Made by a program: the position numbers and the translations under genes. A stretch of 6,470 nt of DNA, taken from NCBI GenBank assembly GCA_964426185.1, contig CAYRPF010000029.1, forward strand, positions 1-6,470, given 5' to 3'. The stretch's first letter is position 1. Every line of letters starts with the position of its first letter. The notes under the pieces are model-generated. The model ran no database searches and was not told where the DNA came from. It saw only the letters and a program-made list of their open reading frames with translations. Below are positions 6,238 to 6,470 of this stretch, piece by piece. The DNA is from an uncultured archaeon (lineage in GTDB: Archaea > Asgardarchaeota > Lokiarchaeia > Sigyniarchaeales > Promethearchaeaceae).

Positions 6238-6432
6238 ATGAACAAGCTTAAGGGTTCAAGTTCTTATCAAATAGAATCAATTTCCCAATTTACTAAAATT
6301 ATCAAAGCTGGAAAAGATTTAGAGCAAAAGAAAGCACTCGAAATAGCCTTTCCTGATGCAAAGAAGTATGAATCCTTCGGATTTACAATTATTGGTAATG
6401 ATTTACAAATTCGAAGGTATCATTTTAATTGA
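6238..6432 (+). CDS. Small hypothetical protein, 64 aa
   Basis: ATG start with a TATA-like box about 26-33 nt upstream (leaderless geometry), protein-like composition, no overlap with other genes, and a T7 tract at 6464-6470 downstream. No family recognised. Confidence 0.55.
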   Translation: MNKLKGSSSYQIESISQFTKIIKAGKDLEQKKALEIAFPDAKKYESFGFTIIGNDLQIRRYHFN

Positions 6433-6470
6433 AATACTTTCAATTATTATTTCTTTGATACGATTTTTTT

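Noticed and set aside
1-6470. CRISPR array, transposase or integrase
   Set aside because: I saw no regularly spaced direct repeats and no DDE, HUH or tyrosine-recombinase motifs.

Overview
AT-rich, archaeal-style window (GGTGA/AGGTGG Shine-Dalgarno motifs, TATA/BRE-like promoters, oligo-T terminators, a DUF2299-like gene; an Asgard/Lokiarchaeia origin is plausible but inferred). A crotonase-family gene (-) diverges from a probable three-gene operon (+): DUF2299-like protein (true start most likely 1009), an Rv2613c-like HIT/Ap4A phosphorylase, and a 1186-aa helical protein with C-terminal TPRs. The most interesting part is 5676-6237, which the ORF track does not explain. It holds an unannotated 54-aa single-pass membrane peptide on the minus strand (5909-6073; KKK-T-CCC-TM helix, with SD, TATA-like box and T12 terminator). 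Next to it is a ~150-nt multi-hairpin non-coding element (5731-5880) whose + strand could pair over the peptide's SD and start codon, an arrangement resembling type I toxin-antitoxin or sRNA control. Several operator-like inverted repeats lie nearby, and a 64-aa hypothetical ORF ends the window.
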